From an uncultured virus (IMG/VR IMGVR_UViG_3300027801_000017) (lineage: Duplodnaviria > Heunggongvirae > Uroviricota > Caudoviricetes > Crassvirales), in IMG/VR virus record IMGVR_UViG_3300027801_000017: a DNA stretch of 64,000 nucleotides. One strand, written 5' to 3'. This document shows, one piece after another, positions 39,266 through 50,100 of the stretch (the first letter of the stretch is position 1; every line of letters begins with the position of its first letter). Made by a program: the position numbers and the translations under genes. The notes under the pieces are model-generated. The model did no database searches. It had not been told where the DNA came from and saw only the letters and a list, made by a program, of their open reading frames with translations.

Positions 39266-40459
39266 ATGGCGGCAGGACAACTCATAGCTACGGTAAATTG
39301 TTCTACCATGGAAATTATATTGGATGTTACAAGTTCGCCTCCTTTTATGGGTTCTTTTACAGCTACATGGCCAGATGGCACTACATATCCTGTTTCTGGC
39401 CACTTTCCAATAAGTATGGGTGGGGTTGGGGGGATACAAAATGGTGTTTGGACTTTTACCGATAATAATAATCTGCTTTCCCCTACATCTGTTTCTGTTA
39501 ATTGTGGTGAAGGTGGTGGCGGTGGTTACGAAGGTGATGGCCGAGGTGGAAAAACTGGATGCGATGCTATAGCAGGGGTTTATGATTGTGTATTTAATTT
39601 GAATAAAAGATATGAAGAGTTAGAGTGTGTAAATGATAAAAGAGCACAAAAAGAAAAAATAAAGTTAGACAGAGTAATGCAGTTATTTCAACTTGCTGAA
39701 TTTGATTGTGAGTGTGGTATGAATGATATAAATGAATATATTAGAGAGATAAAGTCTATTGCTAATTGTGATGATTGTGAAAAAAAACTATCAATAGTTT
39801 CTACAGAAGGTCATGGATGCACAGACCCTGATGCTAATAATTATGATTCTTTTGCAACTGTTGATGATGGCTCTTGTAGTTATTCTCAAAATTGTGTAGA
39901 GGTAACAATGTCAGATGGGACGTTAAAAAGTGAAACTTTGATTCCAGACCCTGTTTTTGAAACATGGTTAGAAAACCAAGGATATGGTAATGGAGTGTTA
40001 GACGGAAAAGTATGCACTGCAAATCTAATAGCTGTATCATCTCAATTTGATATAGATGGTTCGCCTCTTGCTTCAGGTATAACTGATTTAACAGGAATAA
40101 CAGATTTTGAAAATGTTATAAGTTATATTAATATTGGTAATACTTCAGTATCCACAATAGATTTAAGTAATGGATTTACAAGTTTACTAAAAATATATGC
40201 AAATTTTATGCCTAATTTAACTTTAGCAAATTTTACTAATTTAAATAATCTTACTCAGGTGCAAATTACAGGTAATGATAATTTAACTAAAATAATTTTA
40301 GGTTCAAATATTAATTTAGCAAATTTATCTTTATGGGCTGCAAATAATCATTCTAGCTTACAAATTGATGTAGGGACAGCGGCAAGAGTAACTCAGGCAC
40401 AATCTTTATTTACAGTGGGTAACGGTAACATATCAACAGGAACAACATTTATAGCATAA
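39266..40459 (+). CDS. Putative virion surface protein: Cys/helical module, one GCTD repeat, LRR-like domain
   Basis: IPDPVFE...ITDLTGI cap followed by LRR-like repeats; paralogue of the next gene. Confidence 0.65.
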   Translation: MAAGQLIATVNCSTMEIILDVTSSPPFMGSFTATWPDGTTYPVSGHFPISMGGVGGIQNGVWTFTDNNNLLSPTSVSVNCGEGGGGGYEGDGRGGKTGCDAIAGVYDCVFNLNKRYEELECVNDKRAQKEKIKLDRVMQLFQLAEFDCECGMNDINEYIREIKSIANCDDCEKKLSIVSTEGHGCTDPDANNYDSFATVDDGSCSYSQNCVEVTMSDGTLKSETLIPDPVFETWLENQGYGNGVLDGKVCTANLIAVSSQFDIDGSPLASGITDLTGITDFENVISYINIGNTSVSTIDLSNGFTSLLKIYANFMPNLTLANFTNLNNLTQVQITGNDNLTKIILGSNINLANLSLWAANNHSSLQIDVGTAARVTQAQSLFTVGNGNISTGTTFIA

Positions 40460-42639
40460 TGGCGACAGGACAACTCATAGCGACAGTAGATTGTATCACC
40501 CAAGAAATCATCTTGGATGTTCAGGGAGGAACTGCAACTGGAGATTTCAGGGTTATGTTTCCAGATGCTACTATACAAGCGATTAGTGGTACTTTACCTT
40601 TAACTGTTACATCTATTTTTAGTGGAATACATGTGTTTTGGAATGTTTCATTAGACCCTAGTTCAACAGTAACTTCAGTGGCTGCAACTTCTTTAGATGT
40701 TCAGTATACTAGTTGTGAGGAAATTTATGACATGTCATACTGCTTGTTTAATTTAAATAATGCTTACGAAAAAGCTAAATGCACTAATGATAAACAAGCG
40801 GAGATAGAAAAGAAAAAGCTAGATAGAGCATTGCAATTAGTGGCATTAATGGAAAACATTACCGAATGTGGTGTAGACCAATTATATAAATATAAAGCAG
40901 AATTAAACACTATTACAAATTGTGATAATTGCACTACATTAGATGATGATATTTGGGGAGATTATGAGGTTTATGGATGTACAGACTCTAATGCTGATAA
41001 TTATAATCCTGCTGCTAATATAGATGATGGGACATGTGGTGATATTGTTTTTGGCTGTACAAATCCAATAGCAAATAATTATGACCCTTTATCCACAACA
41101 GATGATGGTAGTTGTACGTTTGATATATATGGATGCACAGATGCTACAGCGTCTAACTACGACTCTACTGCAACAATAGATGACGGCTCATGTATAGCAT
41201 GTGTATATGGTTGTACAGACAATACTGCTGTTAATTATGACTCATTATCAAATTGTGATGATGGTTCTTGTATTGCGATTATTTACGGTTGTACGGATTC
41301 AGCAGCACTTAACTACAATGGTGCTGCAAATATAGATGATGGAACTTGTAATTATGGAACTTCTAATTGTGCTAATAACACTACTACAGCTACTAATCAG
41401 ACAGGATATGTATATTCTAATTATAATTCTAGTGCTTTATATGATTGTAATTCTGAGGTTTTAGGAACTGCTGGAGATTCATCTACAGGTCTTCAAAATA
41501 CTGGGTATGATTCTTGTTGTATTCCTTGTGTAGAAGGTTGTACAGAATCAATTGCAATTAACTATAACCCATTAGCTACTTGTAATGACGGTTCTTGTAT
41601 AGCTATTGTGTATGGCTGTACTGACCCAACTGCACTTAACTACTATGCTGGCGCAAATGTTGATGATGGTTCTTGCTGTTTGGTATATGGTTGTATGGAT
41701 AATGCAGCAAATAACTATAATTCTGCAGCTTGTTTTGATGATGGTTCTTGTACATATTGCAATGTTTATGGATGTACTGATACTTTAGCAACTAACTATG
41801 ACCCATTAGCAGATTGTGATGATGGCTCTTGTGTTCCTTTTGTAAGTAATTGTAATGGAACTACAGCAATCCCAAATAATAATTTTGAAAGTTATTTAGA
41901 GCACTTAGGATATGGTGATGGAACGTGGTTTAATAATACTATTTTAAATGCTAATGCATGTAATGAAACATTTGTAGATATAACTAATCAGAACTCTGGA
42001 TTTCCATATGGAAATATTAATAATCTTACAGGAATAGAAGCTTTTATAGATTTAGAAAAACTTTATGTTAATAATCATACTATGTCTACATTACCTAATT
42101 TTTCATTTGCTCCTAATCTGAAGTATCTTTGGGCTGCGAGTAATTCTAATTTAACTGGCTCTGGAATCAATGTAACTTCAAATCCTTTGCTAGAGATTCT
42201 AAGATTGACTAATAGCGGATTAAATTCGTTACCTAATATATCTAATAATCCTGTTTTAAAATACATTCAAGCGGTGGATACTGGGATTACAGCAGTAGAT
42301 TTTAGTGACAATCCGCTTTTAGAAAGAGCACACCTTCAAACGAATAATATAACTTCATATAATTTTACGGGATGTACTGTATTGTGGCAGTTACATGTCT
42401 CTAATAATAATGCAGCATTTTCTATAGATGTAAGTATGTGTGTTTCATTAACAGAATTTTATGCTTCTGCATGTCCTAATGTAGCGCATATATATTTGGG
42501 AAGTAATATAAATTTAGCTACTCTAAGTTTTTCTACAAATAGTAGTAATGCTTCAGCACAGATTCATGTTGGGACAGCAGGAAGAATAACACAAGCAAAC
42601 CTTTTATTTTCTGGTGCAGTTGGAACATTCGTAATATAA
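40459..42639 (+). CDS. Putative virion surface protein: Cys/helical module, nine GCTD repeats, LRRs
   Basis: IPNNNFE...NLTGIEAF and NPLLExL repeats; N- and C-termini similar to the previous gene. Confidence 0.7.
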   Translation: MATGQLIATVDCITQEIILDVQGGTATGDFRVMFPDATIQAISGTLPLTVTSIFSGIHVFWNVSLDPSSTVTSVAATSLDVQYTSCEEIYDMSYCLFNLNNAYEKAKCTNDKQAEIEKKKLDRALQLVALMENITECGVDQLYKYKAELNTITNCDNCTTLDDDIWGDYEVYGCTDSNADNYNPAANIDDGTCGDIVFGCTNPIANNYDPLSTTDDGSCTFDIYGCTDATASNYDSTATIDDGSCIACVYGCTDNTAVNYDSLSNCDDGSCIAIIYGCTDSAALNYNGAANIDDGTCNYGTSNCANNTTTATNQTGYVYSNYNSSALYDCNSEVLGTAGDSSTGLQNTGYDSCCIPCVEGCTESIAINYNPLATCNDGSCIAIVYGCTDPTALNYYAGANVDDGSCCLVYGCMDNAANNYNSAACFDDGSCTYCNVYGCTDTLATNYDPLADCDDGSCVPFVSNCNGTTAIPNNNFESYLEHLGYGDGTWFNNTILNANACNETFVDITNQNSGFPYGNINNLTGIEAFIDLEKLYVNNHTMSTLPNFSFAPNLKYLWAASNSNLTGSGINVTSNPLLEILRLTNSGLNSLPNISNNPVLKYIQAVDTGITAVDFSDNPLLERAHLQTNNITSYNFTGCTVLWQLHVSNNNAAFSIDVSMCVSLTEFYASACPNVAHIYLGSNINLATLSFSTNSSNASAQIHVGTAGRITQANLLFSGAVGTFVI

Positions 42640-42663
42640 AAATTAAAATTAAAATAACAAAAA

Positions 42664-43320
42664 ATGGCAAAACAAATAACACCTTTAAAAAACTCAAAGC
42701 TAGGGTCTAATTCTAAAACGCTTGTAGGAAGTAGCTATCTTCAAGTCACTAGAAGTGGAGAAGGGAAAGAATGTCTCCCGTATGTAGATACAGTAGATTT
42801 AGCACCCTCAACAAAGACAACTATTACAACACATACATCTAATATAACTACATTACAAAGTGATGTTACTGCTATTAAGACTATACAAAATGGTGCAGAA
42901 AACAAAAACACTAAAGCAGAATTTATTGTATGTAATGTAGATATATCTATAGCATCTGGAGGTACACAAACTATAGCGGCAACGGTAATAGATGTAGTTA
43001 ATTTATCTTCAGGTACTGGATATGTAAAGCCTACTATAGTCACTACAGATGCAGCATTAGGAAAGAATAATAGGTTTTTAGTTAATAAGTTTATGACTAC
43101 AGACCATTCTAATTATATTGTACAAGCTACATATGAAGATGGTGCTGGATTTGATTATACAGACTTACAGGAAGAAATAAATATTGAAATTAGCGGATGT
43201 TCTGCTGATTCATTTTATTTTAGAATGGTAAATAAAAAAGGAATACCTTTAACTAATTTAAGATTAGCTAAAATGGGTACATTAAAATTAAAATTTGAAA
43301 TAACAGGAACAAAACGATAA
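42664..43320 (+). CDS. Putative virion structural protein
   Basis: 218 aa with a short coiled segment, in the structural block. Confidence 0.5.
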   Translation: MAKQITPLKNSKLGSNSKTLVGSSYLQVTRSGEGKECLPYVDTVDLAPSTKTTITTHTSNITTLQSDVTAIKTIQNGAENKNTKAEFIVCNVDISIASGGTQTIAATVIDVVNLSSGTGYVKPTIVTTDAALGKNNRFLVNKFMTTDHSNYIVQATYEDGAGFDYTDLQEEINIEISGCSADSFYFRMVNKKGIPLTNLRLAKMGTLKLKFEITGTKR

Positions 43321-43324
43321 AACT

Positions 43325-45019
43325 ATGGCGACACCAACATTAAGTAATTTAGGAACCCAATCTACATATAAAATATATATATGTGATGGAGATGGTGCTA
43401 AAGGCTCATCAAATGGTATTTTGGCTAATTTACAAAATACAACAGATATACGTAGGATACTATTAGAACATGCTTCGCAAAATAGAGCATTAGTATATGA
43501 AAGTACTACATATGGATATACAAATCAAGAGATAGATGGTACTGCATCTGCCTATAAGTATTTTATATCAGATGCTGGTGGGGCAGAAGGTACTGTTCCT
43601 GCAGATGCTTTAGATATTACCCCATATGTAACTAATGGTTATAAGACTGCACTATATCCTGACGCTAATGATATAGCATTATCAGGAACGGTAGATAATG
43701 TTGCCAGCGGAGTATATACATATGAAAGAAGAGGTAATCTACAGGTTTTGAAAATAGATACTCAATCTAATGCAGCAATTGATAATTTATATAGAATTAT
43801 AGAAACTAACAGTCAAATAGCTGATAAGGATATATTAATTATTGTAGGAACAAACACAGGAAGAGCAATTACTATAAATGACCATAGTATTGAAAATACT
43901 GAAGTAGCTACAGCTAGTCAAAATATATGTTTAGAAAATTCCGCAACATTTTCAACCGCATCTCCTGAAGCACAAAGAATATATGGAAGTGCGAACTATG
44001 ATAAATCATCTTTAACTTTAATGTGGGATGCTACAGTAAGTTTATGGATAGAAATTAATCGTGCTCCAAAATCTGTAATAAGCAGAAAAACATTAAGAGA
44101 TGCCAGTATCAATATCCCAGTAGAAGGGACTACTGTTATTACTGTAGGTGCAGCAGGAGGGGTAGATAAGGTAACTTTGGTAAATGACGGAGGTACAAGA
44201 ACAATAGAGTCAGGAGTAGACCCCTCTACACTTGTATTTGAAGGTAGTATAACCACGTCAAATGCTTATACAGTAGAAAAGCCTTATGGCTCTGCATTAG
44301 AGGGCGATAAATATACAGCTGTATGGAATGCAGCTTGGACTGCTGGTAGTACAAATGTAGTTACTATCTTTGGAAAAGCCTTAACTGCTGCAGATGCTCT
44401 TTCGGGAAATCTTGAAATAACAACAAGATATATAGATGGAGAGTGGGAAGATGGGAAGAAAATTATAGGCTCTGAAGAAGTAGAACCTACTTTACCTACC
44501 CCTAAAGGTAATGGGCAAATATTAACTTCTACAATGGCAAATGTCAGAAGTTGGGTAGATTCTCCTGGTACAGTAATATTAGCATCTGGAACTTATGATT
44601 TTGCTGTAAATGAAGGTACTGCAAATACCACTTTTACTATAGGCTCTGAAGTTATTCCTGCTGGAGCAATTATATTATTAGACCAAGCTATTATTGAAAT
44701 GCATACAGCCCTTACAGTCTCTTCAGGAGTCCCAACAATTTCTGTTGGTTATTCTGGAGCTTCTGCAGCTGTTGATGCTATACATGGTGCAGTCAATTTT
44801 AGTGCAGAACCTTTTAATAGTGCATCAACTGTTACAAGAACTACTCCAGCTAGTAGTGGAACAGTAGTTAAGATTAGTGCTACAGCTAAAACGAATATTA
44901 CAGTAACTACGGCTAATTCAATTGCTTTAACTGCTGGTAAATTCACAATACATGTTCCATATATAGGTGGTACAACAGCTAAAATAGGTGGAGGTGGAGG
45001 TGTAGATATTGGAGCTTAA
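43325..45019 (+). CDS. Putative virion structural / fibre protein
   Basis: 564 aa, Ala/Thr/Gly-rich; IPAGAII...LTAGKF C-terminal domain. Confidence 0.55.
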   Translation: MATPTLSNLGTQSTYKIYICDGDGAKGSSNGILANLQNTTDIRRILLEHASQNRALVYESTTYGYTNQEIDGTASAYKYFISDAGGAEGTVPADALDITPYVTNGYKTALYPDANDIALSGTVDNVASGVYTYERRGNLQVLKIDTQSNAAIDNLYRIIETNSQIADKDILIIVGTNTGRAITINDHSIENTEVATASQNICLENSATFSTASPEAQRIYGSANYDKSSLTLMWDATVSLWIEINRAPKSVISRKTLRDASINIPVEGTTVITVGAAGGVDKVTLVNDGGTRTIESGVDPSTLVFEGSITTSNAYTVEKPYGSALEGDKYTAVWNAAWTAGSTNVVTIFGKALTAADALSGNLEITTRYIDGEWEDGKKIIGSEEVEPTLPTPKGNGQILTSTMANVRSWVDSPGTVILASGTYDFAVNEGTANTTFTIGSEVIPAGAIILLDQAIIEMHTALTVSSGVPTISVGYSGASAAVDAIHGAVNFSAEPFNSASTVTRTTPASSGTVVKISATAKTNITVTTANSIALTAGKFTIHVPYIGGTTAKIGGGGGVDIGA

Positions 45020-45030
45020 AATAAATAAAA

Positions 45031-45750
45031 ATGATAGATATTAATGAATTATATAGATTTGTACAATTTGTTTCCAATAAGGAACAATCAGGATATGTAA
45101 AGCCATCAGAGTTTAATATAGCTGTAGATAGAGCACAAATGCAATTATTTATGGAAAGGTATAATAATCCTGCTGAATATCAACCAGGAAGACCTGTACC
45201 TAGAGTGTCATATCAGCAAACACAAAAAGTATCTGATGATTTAAGACCTTTTATAAAAAAAGTATTTCAACCTTTAGCAGATGAGGGTAAATTTTTATGG
45301 ACTGCTTTACCTGATTATATGCATCTTAGCTCATTAAGGGCTAGGTATTATAAGGTTAATAACACAACAGGTGAATCAGAAATAAGAACTTCTGGTATTA
45401 AAATATTGGATGACTCAGAATTATCTAGTTATTTAGATAGTTCTATTTTATCTCCAACAACGGAATATCCAATAGCTGCAATATATAATGGATATACACA
45501 GATATATCCTACTAATATAGACGGTATAGATGTAACTTATCTTAGTAGGCCAGTAAAACCAAATTGGGCATTTACTGTTAATGCAGTTACAGCTATGCCA
45601 GATTATGATGCTGTTAATTCAATTAATTTAAACTGGTCTAATGAAGTATTTAATGAAATAGGGATTCGTGTACTAAGCTTTATAGGGGTAACTTTAAAAG
45701 ACTCTACAATAACGCAGTATAGTGAACTCAAAAAACAACAAGGTATATAA
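45031..45750 (+). CDS. Tail tubular / ring protein
   Basis: NKEQSGYVKPSEFN...AQ, LPDY and YLSRP..PNW motifs; position. Confidence 0.65.
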   Translation: MIDINELYRFVQFVSNKEQSGYVKPSEFNIAVDRAQMQLFMERYNNPAEYQPGRPVPRVSYQQTQKVSDDLRPFIKKVFQPLADEGKFLWTALPDYMHLSSLRARYYKVNNTTGESEIRTSGIKILDDSELSSYLDSSILSPTTEYPIAAIYNGYTQIYPTNIDGIDVTYLSRPVKPNWAFTVNAVTAMPDYDAVNSINLNWSNEVFNEIGIRVLSFIGVTLKDSTITQYSELKKQQGI

Positions 45751-46409
45751 TGGCAATAACTAAAAGAAAATTAGCGGAACAATCTCTCAGAATTATTCAA
45801 GGGGGTTCTATTCGTGATGATGCTGAAATTGACATCAGAGAAGTGATGATGAATGTAGAGCAAGAAAGAGATAAGCTTGTAAGACAAGATTTATATGAAT
45901 CATTACAAGCAGGAGAGGCTTATGTTAATGGTTCTTTTGTCACCTCTTATACTGTTAGTGTAGAAACTGATAATATTAAAGATATGTTTTTTTCTAAAAT
46001 ACCAGTCACACCATTATCTTTACCTAAAGATATGGGGGTTGTTCAGGTTAGTTTTATTCAAGACCAATACAAACCTTTTATTAGAATGTCAACGGGTCAA
46101 TTAGGATTATATCATGGGCTTCCTTCAGAGGGGGCTTTTGGAAGGATAGGGTTTTTTATTGAAAACTCTTTGGAGTTTAGTCAAGAAACATCTCAAGGAA
46201 CTAAGATATTTTATAATAAAGGAATGAAAAAGAGAGATTGCAGTAAAGAAGTTTTAGTTAAAGTCGTTACGGTTTCTGAGGATATAGGCCCAGATGATAT
46301 TTTTCCAGTAACTCCAGAGATGCAATCTATTATAGTGAGAAATGTAGTTGAATTATATTCTGTTATGAGAAATGCAGTTGCAGATGAACAAAATGATAAT
46401 ATAGAATAA
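45750..46409 (+). CDS. Putative tail ring/adaptor protein
   Basis: 219 aa, in the ring-protein cluster. Confidence 0.5.
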   Translation: MAITKRKLAEQSLRIIQGGSIRDDAEIDIREVMMNVEQERDKLVRQDLYESLQAGEAYVNGSFVTSYTVSVETDNIKDMFFSKIPVTPLSLPKDMGVVQVSFIQDQYKPFIRMSTGQLGLYHGLPSEGAFGRIGFFIENSLEFSQETSQGTKIFYNKGMKKRDCSKEVLVKVVTVSEDIGPDDIFPVTPEMQSIIVRNVVELYSVMRNAVADEQNDNIE

Positions 46410-46410
46410 T

Positions 46411-47145
46411 ATGAAATCGTATATTAAAATTAGTGAAGTAATAAAAAGTTTACTTGTCCAAATGGGTGAGCAGAATGAAAATAAGTTTATGCAATTACTT
46501 GATATAGGTATTAGGGGAGCTAAGGAATTAGCATTTGATACCACTCAAGAAGTTAAGGTTGCTAAAATTGCAGTAAATGATAATTTAACTGTTGACTTAC
46601 CTTGTGATTATATTAATTATAGAAGAATAGGTGTGTGTAGTGCAGGAGAGTTAAAATCATTAGGATTAGATACAGAGATGTGTTTACCGACAGATTTTGA
46701 TAGTTGTGGAGATTCTATATCTTACGCATCATCTAACCTGTCAAATTTAAATTCAGTGTATTGGACTGGAGTTGCTTCTGATGGTGTTTATGGTTTAGGT
46801 GGGGGTAATAATATATATGGCTTTTACAAGATAGATAAGCAAGCTAATCAGATTGTATTATCGTCTGATTTTAGTGGGACACATATAGTTATGGAATATA
46901 TTAGTGATGGCTCTACAGATGATGGGGAATATCAGATACATGTATTTGCCGAAGAAGCATTACGTTCATATATATGGTGGAAACACTTACAAAGAAAAAG
47001 AAATGTAAATGGAAATGAAAAGATGATGGCGAGAAAAGATTGGTATAACGAAAAAAGAATATCTACAGCACGATTTAGTTCATTTAACAAAGAAGAAGCT
47101 TTACAGGCTTCAAGAAAACATAACAAACAATCTCCTAAGTTTTAA
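46411..47145 (+). CDS. Putative tail ring/adaptor protein
   Basis: LPCDYINY, MEYISDG and FAEEAL..YI motifs. Confidence 0.55.
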   Translation: MKSYIKISEVIKSLLVQMGEQNENKFMQLLDIGIRGAKELAFDTTQEVKVAKIAVNDNLTVDLPCDYINYRRIGVCSAGELKSLGLDTEMCLPTDFDSCGDSISYASSNLSNLNSVYWTGVASDGVYGLGGGNNIYGFYKIDKQANQIVLSSDFSGTHIVMEYISDGSTDDGEYQIHVFAEEALRSYIWWKHLQRKRNVNGNEKMMARKDWYNEKRISTARFSSFNKEEALQASRKHNKQSPKF

Positions 47146-47147
47146 AT

Positions 47148-50100
47148 ATGGCAGAGGAAAAAAAGACATTTGCTGGTGGCGGTATGGATATGGACACCGA
47201 AGAAAGATTTATCAAAGGTAATAATTATAGATATGCTCTTAATTGCAGGATTACATCTTCTGATGAAGAAAATGAGGGAACTGTAGAGAATATAAGGGGA
47301 AATAATGTTTTAAATTCAGGATTAACAACATCAGATGGCACTCCTCTAAGTAGTGAAGACTTTAAAGTTATAGGTCATTATGAAGATAAAAAATTAAATA
47401 TATTATATTATTTTATTGCTGAACATCCAGACGCTCTCATGTCTCTTTCTCCCCCCAGACATTGTATTGTCTCAAATTATGGCTATGATGCATCTTCGGG
47501 GGGTATCCCTGCTGCATTTCGTATTCTCCATGAAGACTCATCATTAAATTTTCATAAAGATAAATTAATCACTGGTGTTAATATGATTCATAGTGAGGAA
47601 TTTGCTAAAGGAGGAATGTTATATTGGACAGATGATAGAAACCCTCCTAGAAAATTAAATGTATTAAGAGCTTATTGGTGGTCGGTTAATCCTGGAAACA
47701 TAACAGACTTTCAACTTTCTTATCAAGAAACACCAATATTAGACGCTATCCCTAAAGCGCCAACAGAACCTCCTTTAGTAGTCTCAGGGACATGGGGGTT
47801 AAAAAAAGCTAATTATATAAAAGGAAATTTATGGCAATTTAAATATAGATATGTATATCATGAAGCTGAAAAATCTTCATGGTCTCCAATAAGCGAATCT
47901 ATAACAACTAGGCATACCACTTCAAACACAATAATTCTTGAGCAAGATAATTATATTGAACTTAGATTGATAAACGGAAGAACGGATGTTAGAGCTATAG
48001 ATATAGCAGCAAGAAAAAATGGCACAGGACATGATTTTTATCTAGTGGGGACTGTAAAAAAAGACAACTCTACTCAAGAAAATATAACATTAAATACATC
48101 TGGTAATCCAGGTGTTATAAGCACTCCAGATGTCAAAACTATTATACTAGATAGTTTGCCAAATTGGACTCATATATATTTTATATTTACAGGAGAAGAA
48201 CCAAAAATACCTATTGATATAAAGGAATCTAATAAGTTATATGACGATGTTCCTCAGTTAGCAAAATCACAAGAAATAATTGATGGTAATAGATTGGTGT
48301 ATGGGAATATAGTTAATGGATATGACCCTGTACCTACAGATACTGAATTAAGTGTTGTCTATAAAGAAACGGCTCTAACAGTAGGGCCTGTAACTAATTT
48401 GAATTATACCACTCATGTATGGACAGATACTTGTAATTGGGCAGCTGGTATTAATGGTAGAAGTATTGCTAGATACTCTTTAAGGATTCAGGTTCCTAAT
48501 ATGACAACAAGAACTGCAGGGGAAGTTATTCATTTAAAACTGTCTGGTGTTTCTTTTGGTGCTGCGTTACAGCGTGGGTCTACGGTTTGTGGTGATGAAT
48601 CTGGAAGTCGTATAGTAAAAATAGATATTGACTCTACACCATATGTATGTACTGGTTTTGATACTATAGGTAATTTAAGAGCACATATGGAAAACAATTG
48701 TTTTACTACTTTTACTAACATGCATAATCAGTCTACAAGTCCTGACGCTAAAATGGAATTAGGGTGGGGACATGACTATTCTATTCATTGTATTGGAAAT
48801 AACCCTTTTTCAACTGGAACACACCAAGGAAATTCAGTAACAGCTGGATTGTGGGCTACAAGTGGTACTAATATAGCATTAAATTTTAGTGTTTGGAATA
48901 ATGATAATTTGAATGTAGGGTCTTGTCCAGCATATCATTTTTATGCTGCTTTTGGATTTTCTGGATTTGAGATTCTTCAAGGGTGGAATAGTAATACCCT
49001 ATTAGACACAGGTATACCAGGAGAGCCTATTGCGGGAGGGCATGTAGATGGGGATGGAGACCATAGTACTGTATTTGATGTTTGGGAACGCAAATGGCTC
49101 TATTTATATAATTTTTCTAACCAGTTTAGTAGTTATCCGATTATAAACACTATGGTACTAATAGGTATACCTTTAGTACAGACAGGAAATTATAGAGGAT
49201 TTAAATCAGGTACTAGACATAATTTTGGGTTAGTATATTACGATGCTGCAAATAGAAGTGGTACTGTAAATAAGGCTGGAAGTGTTTATATCCCATCAAG
49301 GCATGAAAGAGACCCTGCAATAACTGATTATACAGCACATATACATTTTAAAATAAACCATTTACCTCCTGATTGGGCTACGCATTATCAATGGGTTCAT
49401 TCTGCTAGAAAAATAGAGAAGTTTGTACACATTATAATACCTGAGATTATGTGGGACTCTAAAGTAAAATCAAGATATAATACTGTATTACAGGATAGCC
49501 AAAAAGACGAAGGTACTGGAGTAATTGAACCTGGATACCAAGCTATTATAGAGTCTAGTACGGGGCTAACACATGGGGCTGTTATAATGGATATGGATGA
49601 ATTAATTAAACATTCAGCAACCTCATCAGAAAATAGTTTTTTATGGGATTGGAAAAAAGGAGATAGAGTAAAAATAATAGATACAGTAAATTATACAGGT
49701 AATGATTGGGAGATAATAGGAGTTCTTGAAGATGTGTTGGGAGAGTATGGAGCGGTGGCTGCGGGGCCGCCGCCGGCTGCTACTGGCACTGCTAAACTAT
49801 GGTTTGTTTTAGAGCATAGTACTGTTGGTACTATTCAGACTGGAGGTGCTGCTAATGATGTATATGTAGAAATATATAGACCTGCTCCTGAAGGTGAAGA
49901 TATGTATCATGAATTTAATCATGCTAATAGACTGAATTGGGATAGTACTGGGACTATTAGGGGGCATAGAGCAAATACATGGGCATGTGGCCTTAATGAA
50001 GGGCAATTAACTACAATGGGGTATTCTAGTGTTTATGTTGATGATACAGGTGCTAATACTCCAGCAGTATTTTCTTATGACCAGTATGACCCAACTAATC

